DNA from: Eubacteriales bacterium
Lineage (GTDB): Bacteria > Bacillota > Clostridia > Oscillospirales > CAG-272
Assembly (NCBI GenBank): GCA_045658565.1
Contig: JAZOVF010000030.1
Span: forward strand, 72,893 to 136,892
Reading direction: 5' to 3'
Length of the DNA: 64,000 bases
Positions 9,900 to 19,716 of the stretch are shown here, in pieces (position 1 is the first letter of the stretch; the number at the start of each line of letters is the position of its first letter). Position numbers and translations under genes: made by a program. A model generated the notes under the pieces. That model was not told the origin of the DNA. It saw nothing but the letters and a program-made list of their open reading frames with translations, and ran no database searches.

Positions 9900-9943
9900 A
9901 AAGCACCTTAATTTCAAATTATTAAATAAAAAAACGGGCAGAA

Positions 9944-10963
9944 TTACTTTTTACCTACAACAACGTCAGAAAGCGGGTTTGCATCGACCGCACTTTCCAA
10001 ATTTGCGCTTGTAAGGTGTGTATAGATTTGAGTTGTGTTAAGCTGCTCGTGGCCGAGAACATCCTTAAGCACTCTAATATCAACCTTTCCGCTTTGGTAC
10101 ATGAGGGTTGCGGCTGTATGCCTCAGCTTGTGTACCGAGAGTCCTCTGTCACCGAGACCTGCAAGGTCAAGATACTTGTAAATAACCCACTGAACAGTTT
10201 TGTTGGAAATTCGCTGTTGTCTTTTGCTTAAGAAAAACGCCTTATCCGAAGTACGTATAAATCTCGGATCAAGTCTTATCTTAAGATACGATTTAACAGC
10301 AGACTTTGCCGCATTATTGAGGTATATAATACGCTCCTTGTTACCTTTACCGAGCACCTTGACTGTATTAAGCTCGGAATCAAAGCTCGAAAGATTCAAT
10401 CCAACAAGCTCGGACAAACGCATACCTGTGTTTAAGAATAAAACAATTATAGCAAAGTCCCTATCAAGAGTTTTTGACTCGGTGTCTGATTTTACGGTTT
10501 CAAGCAGTCTTACAGATTCCTCAACGCTCAAAAATTTAGGCAGGGTAGAGGCCTTTTTAGGAGGCTCAATTTCAACCGTGGGATTTGTGTCTATATAATG
10601 CTTTTTGTCATGTACAAATTTGTAAAACGACCTAAGGGCTGAAATTTTTCTCATTCTGGTAGAGGAGTTATTACTAAGAGAACTGCGTGTATATACAAGA
10701 AATTCGTAAATTGCCGCAGGGGTAACGCTGCCTATCATTTCGATGCTGAGATCGGATATTTCCACCTTTTCAAGATCCTCCCGCTCGTAAGAGAGAATAT
10801 TATCCTGCACCTTGAAATATCTGAAAAATGTTCTTAAATCAAGAAGATATTCGCATACGGTTTTTTCGCTGTTGCCTTTTATTGTAGACATATATCCCGC
10901 ATACTCTCTCAATATGGGAGGAAATGTTTTAAATTCCCTGCTTTTAAAGGTTAAAACTGCCAT
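9944..10963 (-). CDS. tyrosine site-specific recombinase (XerC/XerD-like)
   Basis: C-terminal catalytic signature HKLRHTAAT...LGHEQLNTTQIYTH, plus an N-terminal SAM-like core-binding domain. Confidence 0.85.
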   Translation of the reverse strand: MAVLTFKSREFKTFPPILREYAGYMSTIKGNSEKTVCEYLLDLRTFFRYFKVQDNILSYEREDLEKVEISDLSIEMIGSVTPAAIYEFLVYTRSSLSNNSSTRMRKISALRSFYKFVHDKKHYIDTNPTVEIEPPKKASTLPKFLSVEESVRLLETVKSDTESKTLDRDFAIIVLFLNTGMRLSELVGLNLSSFDSELNTVKVLGKGNKERIIYLNNAAKSAVKSYLKIRLDPRFIRTSDKAFFLSKRQQRISNKTVQWVIYKYLDLAGLGDRGLSVHKLRHTAATLMYQSGKVDIRVLKDVLGHEQLNTTQIYTHLTSANLESAVDANPLSDVVVGKK

Positions 10964-11103
10964 TTTTTCCTCACAAAAGTCTTTTTATAAACTTATTATA
11001 CAAAATAATTTAGAAAATTTAGTGGATAAAGTGTAAACTTTTTATAAGTACTCTTGTTTTTATTTTTTTATATGATAAAATAGTTAAAAAGACTCTATAT
11101 TGA

Positions 11104-11709
11104 TTGGTGGATTTTTTTGTGAAGCATATAAAAAGTAATTCATATGATATTGTAAGACTTGTTATCAACCAGCTGGGAATATCAATTTTTGCCCTTGTTC
11201 TTTATATTTCCATGAATATTGCAGGGGAGAGCAATCAGGAGCTTGGTTTTTCGCTCAACATAATCGCATCTGCTTTTTCAATTCTGTTTTACTGGGCGCT
11301 TTTGTACTCTGCGGTTTGGGAAATCGGAGCAAAGGATAGGATAAAGATTGATAGCGGAAAAAGCGAAAGGTTTGCACTTAAGGGCGCACTTCTTGCTTTT
11401 GTTGCAAATATCATTAACATAGTTTGCGTAGTAGTTATTATAATCGGTGAGCTTATTAGTCTTTTATCCGGCAGCGAGGTTATGAACGGTATTGTGGCTG
11501 TTTTGATTGTTGTAATTCGTTTTACTTCGGCTATGTTCTTGCGTTCTGTTAATGCTATCTGCTTGCCATTTGAGGATAATGTCATTCTTCTTGCACAGGG
11601 GGTTACTTACCTTGTGTTCTTCCTTCTGACGATAGCTGTTTGCCAGCTTGCATACACTCTCGGTATGAATAATTTTAAAGTTTTTGGAAACAAACATAAA
11701 AATAAGTAA
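11104..11709 (+). CDS. hypothetical polytopic membrane protein (TTG start)
   Basis: A 201-aa ORF with about 5 hydrophobic helices and no recognised motif. Confidence 0.5.
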   Translation: MVDFFVKHIKSNSYDIVRLVINQLGISIFALVLYISMNIAGESNQELGFSLNIIASAFSILFYWALLYSAVWEIGAKDRIKIDSGKSERFALKGALLAFVANIINIVCVVVIIIGELISLLSGSEVMNGIVAVLIVVIRFTSAMFLRSVNAICLPFEDNVILLAQGVTYLVFFLLTIAVCQLAYTLGMNNFKVFGNKHKNK

Positions 11710-11760
11710 TATTTTTTAAAAGGCCTCCATATAGTTTTTTAGCTATGGGAGGTTTTTTTT

Positions 11761-12501
11761 ATGCGTTGGTATATAATAAATGTAAGGAAACACAAGCTTA
11801 CTGTTGCTTTATCAAGCATTGTCATGGTTCTTGTAATTACTTTGGCCATTACAGTAAGCGCTGTTGGCAAGGTGTACGGAAGCGAGCTGTTTTTAACCGC
11901 GGGAACAGAGATTAACAATGAAAAAATTGTTATAATTGATGCGGGACACGGAGGCGAGGATAGCGGTGCGGTGGCAAAAGACGGTACTCTCGAAAAGGAC
12001 ATCGCTATTGAAATAGCTTTTGCGGTGGGCAGAGCCTTTATCGATAAAGGATATGCCGTTGTATACACAAGAACCGAGGATAAACTGCTTTATGAGCCTG
12101 AGGAAAATATCAAAGGAATAAGAAAAATATCCGACCTAAAAAACAGATGCAAGGTTGCCAAGGTATATCCCGAGGCGGTCTTTGTCAGTATACATATGAA
12201 TTCCTTTGGGGATTCAAAATACTCGGGGCTTCAGGTATATTATTCGGAAAATAACGAGAAAAGCCGTATACTTGCTGATTCTGTACAGCAACAAGTTAAA
12301 AAGGATATCCAGAACGAAAATGACAGAACAATAAAGAAAGGAAATGGCATTTACGTTCTTGAAAATATAGAAAATCCTGCAATACTTATCGAGTGCGGAT
12401 TTTTAAGCAACGATACCGAATGTAAAAAACTTTCGGAAAAAGAATATCAAAACAGGTTGAGTTTTTCAATAGTTTGTGGTATTATAGATGTATTAGAATA
12501 A
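11761..12501 (+). CDS. cwlD: N-acetylmuramoyl-L-alanine amidase, CwlD-like (germination-specific)
   Basis: Signal anchor followed by an Amidase_3 pattern (IIDAGHGGEDSGAV, SIHMNS, ECGFLSN). The size matches CwlD. Confidence 0.8.
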   Translation: MRWYIINVRKHKLTVALSSIVMVLVITLAITVSAVGKVYGSELFLTAGTEINNEKIVIIDAGHGGEDSGAVAKDGTLEKDIAIEIAFAVGRAFIDKGYAVVYTRTEDKLLYEPEENIKGIRKISDLKNRCKVAKVYPEAVFVSIHMNSFGDSKYSGLQVYYSENNEKSRILADSVQQQVKKDIQNENDRTIKKGNGIYVLENIENPAILIECGFLSNDTECKKLSEKEYQNRLSFSIVCGIIDVLE

Positions 12502-12523
12502 ATCATTTTTAAGGATGTAAAAA

Positions 12524-13903
12524 ATGAAAGGACCTAAAACAGTTTTTGTTTGCCGTGAGTGCGGAAAAGAAAGCCCCAAATGGCTTGGCAAATGTCCCGA
12601 TTGCGGCTCTTGGAACAGCTTTGATGAAGAGGAAATAATCGAAAAGTCTGTAAAACAGGGATTAAATTCAGGCAGAAACACAAATCGTGAAAAAGCAGAA
12701 CGCTTTTCAGAGCTTGAATTGCCTACATATATTCGCACCGGCACAGGAATGGGGGAGCTTGACCGAGTACTCGGCGGCGGACTTGTCGACCGTTCTGTAG
12801 TGCTTCTTTCGGGTGAGCCGGGAATAGGAAAATCAACACTTCTTTTGCAGATTTGCTCGGTTCTTAGCCGTACAAGAAAGGTTTTGTATGTTTCGGGAGA
12901 GGAATCCAAGGGGCAGCTTAAGATGCGCGCGCAAAGACTCGGAATTGTAGGCGATTCTATTTATTTGCTTACCGAAACCGATGTTGATGCAATTCTTGAC
13001 GAATGCTCCTCGCTTAAGCCCGATGTTATAATCATCGACTCAATACAAACACTATCCTCAATGCGCTTTACCTCAGTACCCGGCAGTATAACCCAGGTAA
13101 GAGAGAGTGCCATGTCGCTTATCAATTACGGAAAAACAAACGGCGCGGCAATTTTTCTTGTTGGCCATGTGAACAAAGAGGGCGGAATTTCAGGTCCTAA
13201 GGTTGTTGAGCATATGGTTGATGCAGTTCTTTACTTTGAGGGTGAAAGAACAAATTCTTACCGTATTATAAGAGCAATTAAAAACAGATTTGGCTCAACA
13301 AACGAAATAGGCGTGTTTGAAATGGGAGATAAAGGACTTGTTGAAATACCTAATCCCAGCGAGCTTGTTATGGCAGAAAGACCAAAAAACACAAGCGGCT
13401 CCTGTGCCGGATGCGTAATGCAGGGATCAAGACCGATGATTTCCGAAATTCAAGCCCTTGTTGCTAAAAGTGTTTATGCAACAGGAAAGCGAACATCCGA
13501 CGGCTTTGATTATAACAGAATGTGCCTTCTTATTGCCGTGCTTGAAAAGCGAATGGGGCTTAAATTCTATGAAAATGACGTATATCTCAATGTTGCGGGC
13601 GGAATAAGACTCGATGAGCCAAGCGCCGACCTTTCTATCGCTATGGCTCTGATAAGCGGAATTACAGACAGAGTGATACCCGATAATCTTATTGCATTTG
13701 GTGAGCTTGGTCTTTCGGGCGAGGTACGGGCTGTTTCTCATATCGAATATCGTGTAAAGGAGGCCGCAAGGCTTGGCTTTACAAAAATTCTTCTCCCCGA
13801 GAAGAACATAACAAAATCACTTAAGGTTCCCGATGGAGTAAAGATATGCGGAGTCAGCAACATTTACCAGGTGCTGGCGCACATGCTTTCAAAGCAAAAT
13901 TGA
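12524..13903 (+). CDS. radA: DNA repair protein RadA
   Basis: N-terminal CxxC...CxxC zinc finger, Walker A GEPGIGKST, KNRFG motif and a Lon-like C-terminal domain. Confidence 0.95.
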   Translation: MKGPKTVFVCRECGKESPKWLGKCPDCGSWNSFDEEEIIEKSVKQGLNSGRNTNREKAERFSELELPTYIRTGTGMGELDRVLGGGLVDRSVVLLSGEPGIGKSTLLLQICSVLSRTRKVLYVSGEESKGQLKMRAQRLGIVGDSIYLLTETDVDAILDECSSLKPDVIIIDSIQTLSSMRFTSVPGSITQVRESAMSLINYGKTNGAAIFLVGHVNKEGGISGPKVVEHMVDAVLYFEGERTNSYRIIRAIKNRFGSTNEIGVFEMGDKGLVEIPNPSELVMAERPKNTSGSCAGCVMQGSRPMISEIQALVAKSVYATGKRTSDGFDYNRMCLLIAVLEKRMGLKFYENDVYLNVAGGIRLDEPSADLSIAMALISGITDRVIPDNLIAFGELGLSGEVRAVSHIEYRVKEAARLGFTKILLPEKNITKSLKVPDGVKICGVSNIYQVLAHMLSKQN

Positions 13904-14020
13904 TTTTTCACTTTAAAAGCAGGGCATAAATATCATATTTTAGTGTTAAACGCGGTTTGTTTTGTGCATTTTTGACAAAGCTGAGCCGCGTTTTTCTACA
14001 TGCCGAATGCACGATTTTCC

Positions 14021-14049
14021 TTGAAAAATATAGCAAAATATTGTATAAT
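14021..14049 (+). promoter_or_regulatory. sigma-A type promoter
   Basis: TTGAAA, 17 nt, TATAAT. Confidence 0.5.
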
Positions 14050-14113
14050 TTAATCAGATGTTTGTGCGAAATCTCGCATTGGCAATTATTTTTTTCACAA
14101 GGAGTATCTTCTC

Positions 14114-16189
14114 ATGGACCAGGTTTACACCAAAAGTATTCGTAACGTAGCCCTGCTTGGACACAGCGGAGGCGGAAAGACATCGCTTGCAGAGTCAATG
14201 CTTTATATTTCAAGACTTACAGACCGTCTTGGAAATATTGCTGACGGAAATACAGTATGCGACTACGATCCCGAGGAGACAAAAAGAGGCTATTCAATTT
14301 CTGCGGCTACCGCTCCTCTTCTTTGGAACGGTGCGAAAATAAATATTCTTGATACCCCCGGCTTCTTTGATTTCGAGGCCGAGGCTAGACAGTGCGTAAG
14401 AGCTGCCGATGCGGCTATTATAGTTATTGACGGTAAGGCAGGTATTGAGGTTGGCTCCGAGCTTGCCTGGAACCTTGCTACCGAGGCCGGTATACCTAAG
14501 GCATTCTTTATTAACCGCTTTGACGACGGCGAGGCTAGATTCTATAAGGTATTTGGCGCTATTCGTGAAAAATATGGCGTTAATGTTTGTCCTATTCAGA
14601 TTCCTATTATCGACGGTGACACCGTTATAGGCTTTGCCAACCTTGTTGAAATGTGTGTTTACACATTCGAGAAAACAACCGGTGAGTATATCCGCAGTGC
14701 AATTCCCGACAAGTTTAAGGACATTTGCGATGAATATCACGCAATGCTTGATGAAGCAATAGCTCAGACAAGCGACGAGCTTATGGAAAAGTTCTTTGGC
14801 GGTGAGCCTATTTCCCGCGAGGAGGCGCTTGAGGCTATTCACCAGGGAATTATAACAGGTGATATTGTTCCCGTATTCTGCGGTGCAGCGCTTAAAAACT
14901 GGGGTATCAAGACTTTCCTTGATACAATAGCAGAGTCCTTCCCGAGACCCACAGCGCGCAAGGTTGAGAAACTTGTTGACGCTGAAGGAAATCTTACAGA
15001 TGTTGCTATCGAGCCTGATAGCGCAGATACATCTCTCTTCGTATTTAAAACCGTTGCCGATCCATTTGTTGGTAAGATGTCCTTCTTCAAGGTTATGAAC
15101 GGTACTCTTAAGAAGGATATGGTACTTAAAAACACAACAAGCGGCGCAAACGAAAAGTTTAATAAGATTTTCATTCTTCGCGGTAAAAAGCAGATAGATG
15201 TTGACCAGCTTGTTTGCGGTGATATCGGTGTTGTTGCAAAGCTTTCCGCAACAAATACAAACGACACACTCACAACTCTTGCAGGCGATATTAAGTATGC
15301 TCCTATCAAGTATCCAAGACCCTATCTCACCATGGCAATTAAGCCTATGGCTAAGGGCGATGAGGATAGAATTTCTACCGGTATATCAAGACTTCTTGAA
15401 GAGGATCTTACTATTAAGTATGTTAACAATTCCGAGACAAAGCAGCTTACCATCTCCGGTCTTGGCGACATTCACCTTGATATAATTGTTTCTAAGCTTA
15501 AGAATCGCTTTGGTGCTAATGTTGAGCTTACAACACCCAAAATCGCATACCGAGAAACTATTAAGAAGAAGGTCGACGTTGAAGGTAAGCATAAAAAGCA
15601 GTCGGGCGGCTCAGGTCAGTACGGTCATGTTAAAATTACATTCTCACCCGGCGAGGCAGAGGGTCTTACCTTTACCGAGAGCGTTTTCGGCGGCGCAGTT
15701 CCCAAGAACTTCTTCCCGGCAGTAGAGCAGGGACTCAGAGAGGCTATGCAGAAGGGTGTGCTTGCAGGTTATCCTGTTGTTCATCTTGCTGCCAACCTTT
15801 ACGACGGCTCTTACCACGATGTTGACTCTAACGAAATTTCATTCAAACTTGCGGCAAACATTGCATACCGCGACGGTCTTCCTCAGGCTAACCCCGTGCT
15901 TCTTGAGCCGGTTGGCGACCTTAAGGTTTATATTCCCGATGCTTATGTTGGTGACGTAATGGGCGACCTTAACAAGCGACGCGGCAGAGTTATGGGTATT
16001 GAGCCTGCAGGCGAGGGAACACAGGTCGTTCTTGCCGAGGTTCCTTTCTCTGAAATGACAGATTATGTAATTTCTCTCAGAGCTGCAACACAGGGACGCG
16101 GAAGATTTGATTTTGACTTTGTTAGATATGACGAGGTTCCTGCTTCTCTTACCGAAAAAATCATTGCTGAAACTAAGCGCGATCAATAA
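14114..16189 (+). CDS. elongation factor G paralogue with deviant G motifs
   Basis: Five-domain EF-G architecture in 691 aa. G1 is GHSGGGKT, G3 is DTPGFFDF and G4 is NRFD. Confidence 0.85.
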   Translation: MDQVYTKSIRNVALLGHSGGGKTSLAESMLYISRLTDRLGNIADGNTVCDYDPEETKRGYSISAATAPLLWNGAKINILDTPGFFDFEAEARQCVRAADAAIIVIDGKAGIEVGSELAWNLATEAGIPKAFFINRFDDGEARFYKVFGAIREKYGVNVCPIQIPIIDGDTVIGFANLVEMCVYTFEKTTGEYIRSAIPDKFKDICDEYHAMLDEAIAQTSDELMEKFFGGEPISREEALEAIHQGIITGDIVPVFCGAALKNWGIKTFLDTIAESFPRPTARKVEKLVDAEGNLTDVAIEPDSADTSLFVFKTVADPFVGKMSFFKVMNGTLKKDMVLKNTTSGANEKFNKIFILRGKKQIDVDQLVCGDIGVVAKLSATNTNDTLTTLAGDIKYAPIKYPRPYLTMAIKPMAKGDEDRISTGISRLLEEDLTIKYVNNSETKQLTISGLGDIHLDIIVSKLKNRFGANVELTTPKIAYRETIKKKVDVEGKHKKQSGGSGQYGHVKITFSPGEAEGLTFTESVFGGAVPKNFFPAVEQGLREAMQKGVLAGYPVVHLAANLYDGSYHDVDSNEISFKLAANIAYRDGLPQANPVLLEPVGDLKVYIPDAYVGDVMGDLNKRRGRVMGIEPAGEGTQVVLAEVPFSEMTDYVISLRAATQGRGRFDFDFVRYDEVPASLTEKIIAETKRDQ

Positions 16190-16204
16190 TTTTATGTATA
16201 AAAT

Positions 16205-16241
16205 GGGGCGGTGCGCCAAAAGCGCCGCCCTTAATAATTTT
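16205..16241 (+). terminator. rho-independent terminator
   Basis: GC-rich hairpin GGGGCGGTGCGCC-AAAA-GCGCCGCCC followed by a T-rich tract. Confidence 0.65.
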
Positions 16242-16347
16242 TATTTTATAAATATTAGGCAAAACTATTGAATTTTTTGTAAGTTGATGTTATAATAAAA
16301 TAGTATTATTATGTGTACACTTATGTACTTTTATGAAAGGATTGTGT

Positions 16348-17511
16348 ATGAATAAGGCGTATATGACAACACTAAAGGTTTTGGCTTTAGTGCTCACATT
16401 TGTTTTAGGTATGCTGTCAACGCTCGCTATTATTATCGGTGTTGGTATTTTTGCAGCAAATGAGGTATCTCTTAATAAGCTGGAGGATGTCGGAGTTAAC
16501 ATTGATACCAGTGCACTCTTTGATGATAATATCGACAGACCTATAAGAGATATGTCAATTCTCACTCTTATTGATGAAATCAACTTCTTAGGAACTATTC
16601 CCGATACAGTAAGTTTTGATTACCTTGCTAAATATTACGGTTTAATTCTTCCGCCTAAGGGTCAGAGCGACTTTTTTGATGCTATGAGAGTAACACCTTT
16701 TTCTATCCTTTTTACCCAAGAGGGTATTGACCAAATGATGAGCGAGCTTTTGCTTGGCGATTTGATTGGATATGAGCAAAGAGATAATCCTAACTACAAT
16801 GCTGATGATAAAGATTCAGGAGAAAAACCTAAAATATGGTTCGACCCGGTAAAGGGGGAAGAGGTTTGGGCTATTGAATCTATCATTTGTGATTATACCA
16901 TATATCAGCTTGTTTATGAAGGAATTGATGTTCCCAAGATTCTTGAAGAAGTTCCGATTGGCGAAATCTTTGGCTATCACCTTGAAAGCGACGGAGTATG
17001 GAAGGACAGCAAAGGTGAGCCTGTTCACGGAATTATGTCTATCGTAGCAGATAAAAACCTTAACAACCTCGAGGGCGCTCTTGACAATGAGCCTATGGGT
17101 CTGCTGCTCGGATACGAATTTGTAAAAGACGATGCACACGCAAACGGCGGATATTGGACTGATCCCGATGCTGAAGAAACCAAAGTTGCTCCATTTATGC
17201 AGTATGTAGCAAACAAGAAATTCAGCGAGCTTGACGACTTGTATGATGAAATCACACTTGCTGATATCGTTCCTGAAGATGAGCGTACGGGTTACATATC
17301 TCTTGTAAACCCCGAAACACATCTTTCCGAGGTCTCCGGAGAGGTAAACCGCGTGTTCGAGGAGTCTACGCTTGAAATGCTTGTTAAATGCGGAGCTATA
17401 GTGCTAACTCCGGAAGAGGCTGCCTCACTTGAAAGCAAGCCTGAGCTTAAAATAATGACTATGAAAGAAATGCTTTCATACATACTTTTACCCCCCATTC
17501 CCGTTTCTTAA
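16348..17511 (+). CDS. hypothetical membrane-anchored acidic protein
   Basis: An N-terminal TM helix is followed by about 350 aa rich in D/E. The start is moved to MNKAY behind an AAAGGA RBS. No motif recognised. Confidence 0.5.
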   Translation: MNKAYMTTLKVLALVLTFVLGMLSTLAIIIGVGIFAANEVSLNKLEDVGVNIDTSALFDDNIDRPIRDMSILTLIDEINFLGTIPDTVSFDYLAKYYGLILPPKGQSDFFDAMRVTPFSILFTQEGIDQMMSELLLGDLIGYEQRDNPNYNADDKDSGEKPKIWFDPVKGEEVWAIESIICDYTIYQLVYEGIDVPKILEEVPIGEIFGYHLESDGVWKDSKGEPVHGIMSIVADKNLNNLEGALDNEPMGLLLGYEFVKDDAHANGGYWTDPDAEETKVAPFMQYVANKKFSELDDLYDEITLADIVPEDERTGYISLVNPETHLSEVSGEVNRVFEESTLEMLVKCGAIVLTPEEAASLESKPELKIMTMKEMLSYILLPPIPVS

Positions 17512-17520
17512 ATAACGTAT

Positions 17521-17553
17521 AAAAAAGAACGCCCCGCAGGACGTTCTTTTTTT
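17521..17553. terminator. bidirectional terminator between convergent genes
   Basis: AAAAAAGAACG...CGTTCTTTTTTT hairpin with A- and T-runs. Confidence 0.65.
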
Positions 17554-17566
17554 GTTTGAAAAAGTA

Positions 17567-18538
17567 TTAATATCCAACCTTTTCCCAGCACTCGAAGGGA
17601 GCAGCAAGCTCCTCGGAGATGTAAACCTGGGTCTTCTTTGTCTGAAGCATAGAAGAGGGGAGGTAAGGAGTAACAGGACCGTGTGTGCAAAGACGGCTGG
17701 TCATTCTCTGCCAAGAGGAGAAGGTGCCGCAGGTTGCAAGTGCGTGAACCTCAATTCTTTCCTTAGCGCGCATTACATCAAGAGGACCGATGGTTGCAGC
17801 GCAGGGAGGAACGTTAGCGATATCACCGGACTGACCAAATGTACCGTTAAGAGAGTTCTGCATAATGGTCATGGGGTGAAGCTTAACGATCTGAGCGGGC
17901 TGGTTGAGCCACTCCTCGATGTCACCGCTACCGATAAATTCGGGAATGGGGTCAACAAATGCCATGTGACCTGCCCATCCGGGAGAGGTAGATGCAATAT
18001 CAGCACCGGTACCCTCGGTGATGTCGTCGATGATCTTGGAGTAATCCTTGATGTTAGCGTTAGTGGGGAAGTGAACATTCTCCATGGGCATTCTGAGCTT
18101 CTCGTCGATCTGGTAGTAGAGATACTTGATCATAGAGTGAGCAAAGCCTGCCTCGTAGGTGATAGGAGCAATGTTGCCGTTCTCGTCAGCCCACTCGTCC
18201 TCTGCAACAAGGTGAACCTTGGAGCAGTCAACCTTGAAGTAGTTAATAAGCTGTGCAAGAGGAATGTAGGTGTCAGGCTCGGGGTTGCCGAGGATCATGG
18301 TGAAGGACTTGCCTGCCTCGGATGCTGCCTTAAGACGTGTAAAGAGGGTGGAGATGAGAACGGGGTGAGGGTTCATCATAACCTTAACCTCAAATTCAGG
18401 GTGCCACCAAGCCTCTCTCTTTTCGAGATCCTTGCCGCTAAGGCTGCGAACATACTCGCAAACCTTCTTGTCCTTGAAGGGAACAAATTCATGAGGCTGG
18501 AAGTCAAACTTGGTTGCGGGATCGGTAATGAAATTCAT
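17567..18538 (-). CDS. glucosamine-6-phosphate deaminase/isomerase superfamily protein (NagB-like, long form)
   Basis: GWAGHMAFVDP resembles the NagB G-DGH-AFNEP motif. 323 aa with a good AAGGAG RBS. Confidence 0.6.
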   Translation of the reverse strand: MNFITDPATKFDFQPHEFVPFKDKKVCEYVRSLSGKDLEKREAWWHPEFEVKVMMNPHPVLISTLFTRLKAASEAGKSFTMILGNPEPDTYIPLAQLINYFKVDCSKVHLVAEDEWADENGNIAPITYEAGFAHSMIKYLYYQIDEKLRMPMENVHFPTNANIKDYSKIIDDITEGTGADIASTSPGWAGHMAFVDPIPEFIGSGDIEEWLNQPAQIVKLHPMTIMQNSLNGTFGQSGDIANVPPCAATIGPLDVMRAKERIEVHALATCGTFSSWQRMTSRLCTHGPVTPYLPSSMLQTKKTQVYISEELAAPFECWEKVGY

Positions 18539-18573
18539 TTCTTTACTCTCCTTTATATTTGATTTTTTGTGGA

Positions 18574-19716
18574 CTAATTGACAAGCTTACCGCCGAGGAA
18601 TACGGACTTAACCTCAAACTCGGGAGTAACAATAATCAGATTGGCAATATTGCCTTTTCTTATAACACCGCGGTCGGTAAGACCAAGCATTGTTGCAGGG
18701 TTGGTTGATGCATATTTAAATACCTGGCAAAGAGATGCGCCGGTATGAACCATCATATTTCTGCAAGAGCCGTCAAGAATCATCTTGCTTCCTGCAATCT
18801 CGCCCGAGAAATCAAAGTTAATGTCGTCAGCACCCTCGTAAAGATCACCTGCAGGAATAGGACCGTGGTCAACGTAAGCATCGGAAATAAGAATAATTCT
18901 GTCATCGCCCTTAATCTTCTTAACAAGACGGAGCAGGTAAGGGGAAACGTGAATACCCACCTTGTCGCAGATAAGCTCGGTATAAATAGAATTGTTGTAA
19001 AGTGCGGTTTCATCAACACAGGCGGTACGGCACTCGGGATATTTCTGAAGAGTTCCGGTAGCATTCATGTGGTGAGTGGCAAGACAGAGACCGTAAGGGA
19101 TAAGAGCCTCGATCTGCGATGGCTCAGCCTCGCTGTGACCGACAGAAAATCTAACCTTTGGGTCAACAGCCTTTGCGTCCTTAACAAACTCCTCGATACC
19201 GTCTCTTTCGGGAGCAACTACCCAAACCTTAACAAAATCCTTACCCGCCTCAAGAACAGGCATATAATCATCCTTGCTTATAGGATATCTCCAAGGGTTA
19301 TTTTCTCTGTTGCATCCAAACTTCGGGTTCATATAAGGAGCTTCCATATAAAGACCGATAATGTTAGGTGCATCACCGGACTCCTTAACCTTTTTTAACA
19401 TATCAATTTGTTCAACAAGCTCGGGACCTGTTGCGCTGAAGTAAAGAGCAGGCATAACGTCGGTAATACCGTGCTTAAGAATACGGTTTGCAGCCTTCAC
19501 AGGATCATCTGTAAAGAATGTATCGCCGTCAGCGTGTGTATGTATATCAACAAGACCGGGTCCTGTATATCCGCCGTTAGCGTCAATGATTTCGCATCCG
19601 TCGGTGCTTATCTTTTTTCCAAAATCAACGATTTTGCCGTCTTCAATTACAATAACACCGTTTGGAATCAAATGGTCGGTCATAACTATTGTTGTGTTAA
19701 TTATTGCAGTTTTCAT
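18574..19716 (-). CDS. amidohydrolase, N-acetylglucosamine-6-phosphate deacetylase-like (NagA-like)
   Basis: Metal-binding pattern GLVDIHTH..., later HHMNATG. The start is moved to MKTAIINT. Confidence 0.7.
   Translation of the reverse strand: MKTAIINTTIVMTDHLIPNGVIVIEDGKIVDFGKKISTDGCEIIDANGGYTGPGLVDIHTHADGDTFFTDDPVKAANRILKHGITDVMPALYFSATGPELVEQIDMLKKVKESGDAPNIIGLYMEAPYMNPKFGCNRENNPWRYPISKDDYMPVLEAGKDFVKVWVVAPERDGIEEFVKDAKAVDPKVRFSVGHSEAEPSQIEALIPYGLCLATHHMNATGTLQKYPECRTACVDETALYNNSIYTELICDKVGIHVSPYLLRLVKKIKGDDRIILISDAYVDHGPIPAGDLYEGADDINFDFSGEIAGSKMILDGSCRNMMVHTGASLCQVFKYASTNPATMLGLTDRGVIRKGNIANLIIVTPEFEVKSVFLGGKLVN

Noticed and set aside
9944-10963. The tyrosine recombinase as a marker of a prophage or integrative element.
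   Set aside because: There are no phage, conjugation or cargo genes around it. I could find no flanking direct repeats and no tRNA target. Its neighbours are housekeeping or sporulation genes.
13904-14020. ACGCGG ... CCGCGTTTTT pairing after radA as a terminator.
   Set aside because: The intervening loop is about 31 nt, too large for a confident intrinsic terminator call.
17552-18562. A 336-aa plus-strand ORF covering the NagB-like gene. Similar long antisense ORFs are at 44288-45433 (-), 29048-30193 (-), 60748-61989 (-), 24984-25679 (-), 31575-32540 (+), 63105-63779 (+), 4272-5066 (+), 18745-19398 (+), 23664-24305 (-), 22298-22834 (-) and 53600-54310 (-).
   Set aside because: These are shadow ORFs opposite genes with clear family motifs. 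Their translations are low-complexity (runs of L/V/S/N/C) and have no RBS or motif. The strong codon bias of this genome keeps antisense frames open.
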